Origin: Candidatus Bathyarchaeota archaeon
GTDB taxonomy: Archaea; Thermoproteota; Bathyarchaeia; TCS64
Direction: 5' to 3'
Length of the DNA: 64,000 bases
NCBI GenBank assembly: GCA_016783455.1
Contig: JADHWN010000001.1
Span: forward strand, 41,930 to 105,929
The notes under the pieces are model-generated. The model searched no databases. It had not been told where the DNA came from and worked only from the letters and a program-made list of their open reading frames with translations. Below, piece after piece: positions 58,276-64,000 of this stretch. A program made the translations under genes and the position numbers. How positions within the stretch are numbered: position 1 is the stretch's first letter; the number at the start of each line of letters is the position of its first letter.

Positions 58276-59136
58276 ATGGAGACAAACAAGGACAGGTTAG
58301 TCAAGCAGGCAGTGATGGCCGAGGTAAACCACCCGTCCGCCTCTAGGGGCTACAGGGTCGACTGGGACGGAGTTCCCCGGATCGGCCTCGGCATGTCCGG
58401 TGTGAAGTACAACGTGGGCGTCGGCGACCTCTGCTACTACCTCGAGAACGGTGAGCACACGGAGCCCGGTCTTAGCATCTCCAACAACAACCCCGGAGAG
58501 GGACAAGCCCTGGGAGTGCTGGGCTGCATAGGCAACCACGTGAAGCTCACCTCGGGGGAGGCGAAGGGTGAGAAGGGGTACATCACGGGGAAGCACGGGA
58601 GCTTCATGTGCTGGTTCCCGCCCGAGGTGCAGGAGAAGATCAGCCCCGGGGACAAGATCAAGGTGAAGGCCTGGGGCGTAGGGCTGAAGATCGCTGGCTT
58701 TGAGGAGACGGTCAGGGTGAACAAGATAGACCCGGAGCTCTTGGAGAAGATGGGCGTCGAGGTGAAGGGCGGTAAGCTCCACGTCCCCGTGACTAAGGAG
58801 TACCCGTGCTGGATAATGGGCTCCGGCTACGGCATGTTCCCTGTGACCATCGACTACGACATCCAGACCACGTGCGACCTTGTCTGGGACGAGCTGAACC
58901 TCAAGGACATCCGCTTCGGGGACATCGTCTGCCTCAGGGACCAGCTCAACTGGTGGGGCAGGGGCTACTACAAGGGGGCGGTGACCATCGGCATCGTCAT
59001 CCACGGCTGGAGCTACTCCGCGGGCCACGGCCCCGGCGTGACAACGATACTCAGCTCGAAGGACGACACCATCGTGCCCAAGATAGACCCCAACGCCAAC
59101 ATAGCCTATTATCTGGGTGTCAAGGAGAAGCCCTAG
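58276..59136 (+). CDS. DUF4438-family protein (copy 2)
   Basis: TNKDRL, HTEPG, CIGN, TGKHG, MGSG, DYDI and GHGPGVT. Confidence 0.85.
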   Translation: METNKDRLVKQAVMAEVNHPSASRGYRVDWDGVPRIGLGMSGVKYNVGVGDLCYYLENGEHTEPGLSISNNNPGEGQALGVLGCIGNHVKLTSGEAKGEKGYITGKHGSFMCWFPPEVQEKISPGDKIKVKAWGVGLKIAGFEETVRVNKIDPELLEKMGVEVKGGKLHVPVTKEYPCWIMGSGYGMFPVTIDYDIQTTCDLVWDELNLKDIRFGDIVCLRDQLNWWGRGYYKGAVTIGIVIHGWSYSAGHGPGVTTILSSKDDTIVPKIDPNANIAYYLGVKEKP

Positions 59137-59143
59137 TAAAACC

Positions 59144-59160
59144 CTTTTTTTCTTTTTTTC
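59144..59160 (+). terminator. Oligo-T archaeal terminator
   Basis: Two long T tracts immediately after the stop at 59136. Confidence 0.5.
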
Positions 59161-59222
59161 GTACTCGAGAGACGTTTATATTCCGCCCCAGTTCGATCCA
59201 GAACAGACGGCTTGTGGCATCC

Positions 59223-60275
59223 ATGAAGCTGACCAGACGTCGATTCCTTGAGGTTGCCGCTCTTGCAGGAGCGGGGATCATCATAGGCGCCTACCTTGAC
59301 CCCTTTTCAAGCAGTGAGGATGCCAAGGAGACCGTTGAGAATGGAGATAATGGGATGAATGGACCGAGCGACGTCGAGTCGGACGTGTACATCATCAAGG
59401 CGTCAGATCGTTTAGAAGGGTTGGAGTCTTTACTTGGCGAGTTCGACATGTCCAAGTACTCGGGCAAAGGAGTGGCCTTGAAGGCGAACTACAACGACGA
59501 CCACCCGTTCCCCGCATCCACCCATGTGGACACTCTCAGGGGGATCGTGGGCGCCCTCAAGGGTGCGGGGGTGGCTGGGCTGACTCTGGCCGAGAGGAGC
59601 GGAATGGGGGTTGCCAGGGCGGTCATGGAGGAAAGGGGGGTCTACGGTCTCGCCGAGGAACTGGGCTTCGAGGTCATCTCCCTGGACGAGGTGGGGGCGG
59701 ACGGCTGGACCAAGGTCAATGCCGAGGGGCTCCACTGGAGCGACGGATTCTACATCTCAAACGTCTTCCTGGAGGCCGACCACGTGGTCCAGACCTGCTG
59801 CCTCAAGACCCACAGGTTCGGGGGGCACTTCACCATGTCCCTGAAGAACTCGGTGGGGCTCGTCGCGAAGACCATCCCCGGGATCAACCACAACTACATG
59901 GACGAGCTCCACGGCTCACCCCACCTGAGGCGCATGATAGCCGAGATCAACGCGTTCTACGACGTCGACCTCGTCGTGATGGACGCGATGAAGGCCTTCG
60001 TGAACAGGGGGCCCGAGGCCGGGGACACCGTGGAGCCCGGGCTGCTCCTAGCCAGCAGGGACCGCGTCGCCCTCGACGCCGTGGGCGTGGCCATCCTGAG
60101 GAGATACTGCTCCACGGATGAGGTCATGAGGGGCTCCATCTTCGACCTTGACCAGATAAAGAGGGCGGCCGAGCTGGGTATTGGCGTGAGCAGCGCCGAC
60201 TCCATCAGCCTGATACCCGTGAACGACGAGGCCCAAGGTATGGTGGGAGAGCTGGAAGGGATCCTGAAAGAATAG
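59223..60275 (+). CDS. DUF362-domain protein with Tat signal
   Basis: LTRRRFL signal; LKAN, LKTHRFGGHFTMSLKN and DRVALD. Confidence 0.85.
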   Translation: MKLTRRRFLEVAALAGAGIIIGAYLDPFSSSEDAKETVENGDNGMNGPSDVESDVYIIKASDRLEGLESLLGEFDMSKYSGKGVALKANYNDDHPFPASTHVDTLRGIVGALKGAGVAGLTLAERSGMGVARAVMEERGVYGLAEELGFEVISLDEVGADGWTKVNAEGLHWSDGFYISNVFLEADHVVQTCCLKTHRFGGHFTMSLKNSVGLVAKTIPGINHNYMDELHGSPHLRRMIAEINAFYDVDLVVMDAMKAFVNRGPEAGDTVEPGLLLASRDRVALDAVGVAILRRYCSTDEVMRGSIFDLDQIKRAAELGIGVSSADSISLIPVNDEAQGMVGELEGILKE

Positions 60276-60278
60276 GGT

Positions 60279-61352
60279 TTAAGCGTGGACCGTTATCCTG
60301 CCCATGGAGGTCTTGGCGACGACGCCTATCTTCCTACCTTTTTCCTCGAAGCCCATCGTCTTGACCGCCACGTGATGCTTCTTTGACCTCAGGTACTCCA
60401 GCTCAGGGAGGTCAACCGAGATCCTGCCCATGCTCGTCGTGAGGTCCAAGTCGTACCCGTTGTCGGGATCGTCCGAGACGCCGAGATCGATGGTCCCATG
60501 GCTCGTGAGAAGCTCGTAGTTCCCGCCCTCGCTGCATGGGAGGGAGAGCTGGATCTTGCCGTTGCTGGTCTTCAGGTATGCGTCCGTGGACTTCAGCTCG
60601 CCCTTTATCTTGCCATTGCTGGTCCTTATGTTGAGAACCTGGGCGTCGACTCCGTCGAGGACGACCGCTCCGTTGCTTGTCTTCCCGTCAAGCCTCTCGG
60701 CTGTGATGTTCTCCATGAGTATCTTGCCGTTCGAAGTCTGCAGGTCCAGGTTACTGCCCTCGATCTCTGCGAGGTTGATCGACCCGTTGCTGGTCTTCAG
60801 GTTCAGCGCCGTCTCGACTCCCCTTGGGAGGGTGGCGTCCACGCAGACGCTGTACGAAACCCTGTGTGCGGGGTGGTCGAAGCCGAGGCTCAGCTTCTTC
60901 AGGCCCTCGACCTCTGTCTCTGAGAAGTCGACTATCAGGGCTTTCAGGTTCGTATCAGCTTCCTCCTCGGTGTATCCCCAGGCCTTGATGAGGAGGTCGA
61001 TCTTGTACTCGGGCTTGTCCCAGGTGCCGACGTTTATCTTGCCGTTCCTGCTCTCGACTTCGAGGAGCAGCTTGTCTGTCTCGACTGGCCCGGTGAGGGT
61101 CCTCTCCTCCTCTACTTTATACCGGTTGGTGCCCCATGAGCCTGCCCGGGCCTCCTCCGTTGCGCTCTTGACGGTCTCCTCGATGGTCCTCACAGCTTGG
61201 TTGACCATCGTCTCGATGCTTCCCTCCAGAGTGGAGAGGTCCTGGCGGGCCGGTACGCCCTCCTCCTCCGCCCTGCTCGTCCTCTGACCGCAGGCTGAGC
61301 AGAAGTAGGCGTCTTCGGAGAGCTCCTTCCCGCATTTAATGCAATAAACCAT
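60279..61352 (-). CDS. Zinc-ribbon plus DUF4097 beta-repeat protein
   Basis: YCIKCG...FCSACG; repeated TSNGxI units. Confidence 0.85.
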   Translation of the reverse strand: MVYCIKCGKELSEDAYFCSACGQRTSRAEEEGVPARQDLSTLEGSIETMVNQAVRTIEETVKSATEEARAGSWGTNRYKVEEERTLTGPVETDKLLLEVESRNGKINVGTWDKPEYKIDLLIKAWGYTEEEADTNLKALIVDFSETEVEGLKKLSLGFDHPAHRVSYSVCVDATLPRGVETALNLKTSNGSINLAEIEGSNLDLQTSNGKILMENITAERLDGKTSNGAVVLDGVDAQVLNIRTSNGKIKGELKSTDAYLKTSNGKIQLSLPCSEGGNYELLTSHGTIDLGVSDDPDNGYDLDLTTSMGRISVDLPELEYLRSKKHHVAVKTMGFEEKGRKIGVVAKTSMGRITVHA

Positions 61353-61533
61353 ATTTGGCCACTGAGATGGGTTGAGCGTTCTCGGGTTATAAGGGAAGCT
61401 CACCTCTGGCAATCACATGATGTGAGTAAAAGGTCTGAGTGGATGCAACCGTAAGTTCCTATGTCTTGGGATGACAGCCCAAGAAATATTAGCTGTGACT
61501 AATCTATGTGGACTCCGGACCTAAATTCAACCC

Positions 61534-61740
61534 TTACTTCTCGGAGTAGAAGTGATCCGGACAGTAGAAAGGGTTCTCACCTTTCTGTGCTTTAATGCGG
61601 GTCTTCACGACCCTGTCACCTGCCTTGAAGACCTTCCCACATCTCATGCACTTGACCTTGATGCCAAAGTTGCTATATGTCTGCAGGCTCCGTTCCGTCA
61701 GCACTAGCTCCTTCACAGTCGAATCTATAGACTTCCTCAA
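61534..61740 (-). CDS. Small putative zinc-finger protein
   Basis: CMRC...YCPDH. Confidence 0.55.
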   Translation of the reverse strand: MRKSIDSTVKELVLTERSLQTYSNFGIKVKCMRCGKVFKAGDRVVKTRIKAQKGENPFYCPDHFYSEK

Positions 61741-61998
61741 ACTCTTCTTTAATAAGAATCCGGTTGAATATCTTTAGAATTCGGTCTAAAACTATTTTAA
61801 ACTGAAAACATAGTTAATTTAATGGAAAGTACCTCTTTCACAGGATTTAATTTCAGTTAATATTCTAATATGTTCAGATTTGTGAAAAGGTCTGACCATA
61901 GAGGCTCATTGCATCGTGAATGTGTCTCCGAGAGGCTGTTTCATGCCCTCTGGGAATCGATATATAATCAGTTCAGCTTTCAATGGTCTTGATAGCTC

Positions 61999-62526
61999 AT
62001 GGACGTTCTGGAGGCCATCAAGGGGCGGAGGAGCATAAGAATGTACAAGGCCGACCTTGTCCCCGAGGAGCTGATGCGGGTGCTCGTGGAGGCCGGGCAG
62101 TGGGCACCCACCGGCGCTAACCGGCAGAACTGGAAGTTCATCGCGGTGACCGACCCCAAGCTCATGAGGAGCGTGAAGAGGATCTCGCCAATGATGTGGG
62201 GGGAGGCACCTGCAGCCATCTTCATCTGCCAAGACCTAACACGGAGCAGGGCCCCACCTGAGGGGGGATCCGGGAGAACCACCGGATTCGTCTCCCAGAA
62301 CATCATGCTCGCGGCGTACTCGCTGGGGCTTGGGACCTGCCCTATCGGGGGGTTCAACAGGGCGGCTGCCAGGGACCTCCTCGACGTCCCCGACGACATG
62401 GTGCCCCTCCTCCTGATAACCGTCGGCTACCCTGATGAGACGCCGGAGGTGAGGCTCCGGAGGCCCTTCTCAGAGGTGGCCTACCTGAACTCGTGCAGGA
62501 ACCCGTGGAGGGTCGGGGATGAGTGA
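61999..62526 (+). CDS. Nitroreductase family
   Basis: RRSIRMY, APTGANRQNW and LGLGTC. Confidence 0.9.
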   Translation: MDVLEAIKGRRSIRMYKADLVPEELMRVLVEAGQWAPTGANRQNWKFIAVTDPKLMRSVKRISPMMWGEAPAAIFICQDLTRSRAPPEGGSGRTTGFVSQNIMLAAYSLGLGTCPIGGFNRAAARDLLDVPDDMVPLLLITVGYPDETPEVRLRRPFSEVAYLNSCRNPWRVGDE

Positions 62527-62803
62527 GGAGCTCGACGAGGCCTTCCTGGACTACATGAGCTACCTGGTCTTCATGGCGGCCCAGCTGCCGTGGGGCTACG
62601 GGAGCTTCGCCCTGGTGAAGGGCCTCGGGAAGGTGCTGGAACTGAAGGCATTGAGCGCGGAGCTGGGCCACGACGAGCTCTGCGGAAGGCTAAAGGCCGA
62701 GCTGGACGCCGTCGAGGGCACACCCTCCTCCGAGACGGAGACCTGGACAGCCCTTCTCGACAGGCTCACCTCTATCCTCACCGAGGAGATGAAGAAGGCC
62801 TAG
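62519..62803 (+). CDS. Small helical hypothetical protein
   Basis: Overlaps the nitroreductase stop; coding-like codon usage. Confidence 0.6.
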   Translation: MSEELDEAFLDYMSYLVFMAAQLPWGYGSFALVKGLGKVLELKALSAELGHDELCGRLKAELDAVEGTPSSETETWTALLDRLTSILTEEMKKA

Positions 62804-62892
62804 AGACGAGCCTGCTCTGCTTCATCGAGGCTCTCCGAGGTACCGTACACAGTATTATATCGAGAGGTTAAGATTCTATAGAGGCGTTAGAG

Positions 62893-64000
62893 TTGCGAAA
62901 CGTCATTCTCATCATGCTGGACAGCCTGCGGAGGGACCATGTGGGATGCTACGGGAACGACTGGATAAGGACCCCTAACATCGACGACCTGGCGGCTGAG
63001 GGGGTCAGGTTCACCAACGCGTATCCTGAGGCCCTCCCCACTATCCCTGTCAGGCGGGCGATGCACACCGGGTACAGGACCTTCCCCTGCCGGGACTACA
63101 AGCTCTCCAAGGGGGACACCGTCCTCATCCCTGGGTGGCAGCCCATCCCCGAGGAGCAGGTGACCATGGCCGAGGTGTTCCGCCACCATGGCTACGTCAC
63201 GGCTCATATCGCCTCCACCCCTCACATCTTCAAGCCCTCCATGAACTTCCACAGGGGGTACACGGCTTGGGAGTGGATCAGGGGTCAGGAGGCAGACCAC
63301 CTCAGGGTCCCCCTCAAAGGGGAGATAGAGGATACGGCCAACCTCCCGTGCGACCTGGCCTACGGGTGCGTGGGCCACAGCCTCAGGCACTGCCTGGCGA
63401 ACATGCAGGGCTGGGAGACGGAGGAAGACTGGTTCCCTCCCCGGACCTTCGGCGCGGCTACCCGCTGGTTGGAGAGGAACGGCGGGGGCGAGGAGCCCTT
63501 CCTCCTGGTGATAGACGAGTTCGACCCCCACGAGCCCTGGAACGCCCCCAGGGACATCCTGGAGCACTACTTTGATACCGGCTCCTACGAGGGGAGGCGG
63601 GTGATCAACACCACCGGAGGCGCCTACGAGTTCAGGGAGGGGGAGCTGGAGTACACCCTCGCCCAGTACGCCGGAGAGGTGGAGCTCTGCGACAAGTACG
63701 TAGGGCTCCTACTGGACAGGGTGAAGGAGATGGGTCTCTGGGACGAGACCGTCGTCCTCCTGGTCTCCGACCACGGCCACAACATCATGGACCACGGCGT
63801 CATCCACAAGATGCCCGACCACATGTACCCGGAGCTCATGGACCTCGTCTACATAGTCAGGAGCCCCGACGGTGAGGCAGCCGGCTCCGAGTGCGATGCC
63901 TACGCCGCGCACCACGACATCCCAGTGACCCTGATGGGCATGGCCGGCGTTGAGCCCCCCTCTGGCCTAGACGGCCGTAACGTCTGGGCCTACGCGACGG
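62893..64000 (+). CDS. Sulfatase-family hydrolase (3' truncated by the window)
   Basis: Not in the ORF track. Hand translation: MRNVILIMLDSLRRDH..TPNID..PTIPVRRA..FDPHEPW..SDHG. Confidence 0.85.
   Translation, partial: MRNVILIMLDSLRRDHVGCYGNDWIRTPNIDDLAAEGVRFTNAYPEALPTIPVRRAMHTGYRTFPCRDYKLSKGDTVLIPGWQPIPEEQVTMAEVFRHHGYVTAHIASTPHIFKPSMNFHRGYTAWEWIRGQEADHLRVPLKGEIEDTANLPCDLAYGCVGHSLRHCLANMQGWETEEDWFPPRTFGAATRWLERNGGGEEPFLLVIDEFDPHEPWNAPRDILEHYFDTGSYEGRRVINTTGGAYEFREGELEYTLAQYAGEVELCDKYVGLLLDRVKEMGLWDETVVLLVSDHGHNIMDHGVIHKMPDHMYPELMDLVYIVRSPDGEAAGSECDAYAAHHDIPVTLMGMAGVEPPSGLDGRNVWAYAT

Noticed and set aside
57997-59222. Extended starts of ORFs 57997-59136 and 58806-60275
   Set aside because: They overlap upstream genes out of frame; family-like N-termini begin at 58276 and 59223.
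1-64000. CRISPR array, tRNA/rRNA, transposase, integrase
   Set aside because: No regularly spaced repeats, cloverleafs, rRNA motifs or DDE/tyrosine-recombinase motifs were noticed by eye.

Overview
This is GC-rich archaeal chromosomal DNA: it carries an archaeal-type DnaG, an archaeal TyrRS, a 7S SRP RNA and TATA-type promoters. The gene content suggests Bathyarchaeia, which is inference only. Most genes serve peptide and amino-acid catabolism: M14, M20, M24, M50 and P1 peptidases, GGT, many PLP enzymes, nitroreductases and a sulfatase. Housekeeping genes include mre11 (partial), nurA-herA, dnaG, a bacterial-type gap, tyrS and pckG. The most interesting locus is 4.9-10.3 kb. It holds two paralogous PP-loop/Cys-rich proteins resembling the peptide epimerase MurL, a threonine-synthase-like PLP enzyme, a D-Ala-D-Ala-ligase-like ATP-grasp protein and a GNAT. 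A decayed second copy of the PLP gene lies at 3.35-3.47 kb and a second GNAT copy at 14.5 kb. Together these form a candidate uncharacterised pathway for a small modified (possibly D-amino-acid) peptide. Reading the sequence also revealed a two-hairpin H/ACA guide RNA (43.46-43.64 kb), an AbiE-like toxin-antitoxin pair next to a frameshifted gene duplicate, a repeated G-string motif and a structured dnaG leader. No CRISPR array, tRNA, rRNA, transposase or integrase was seen. All calls come from motif recognition by eye; no searches were run.
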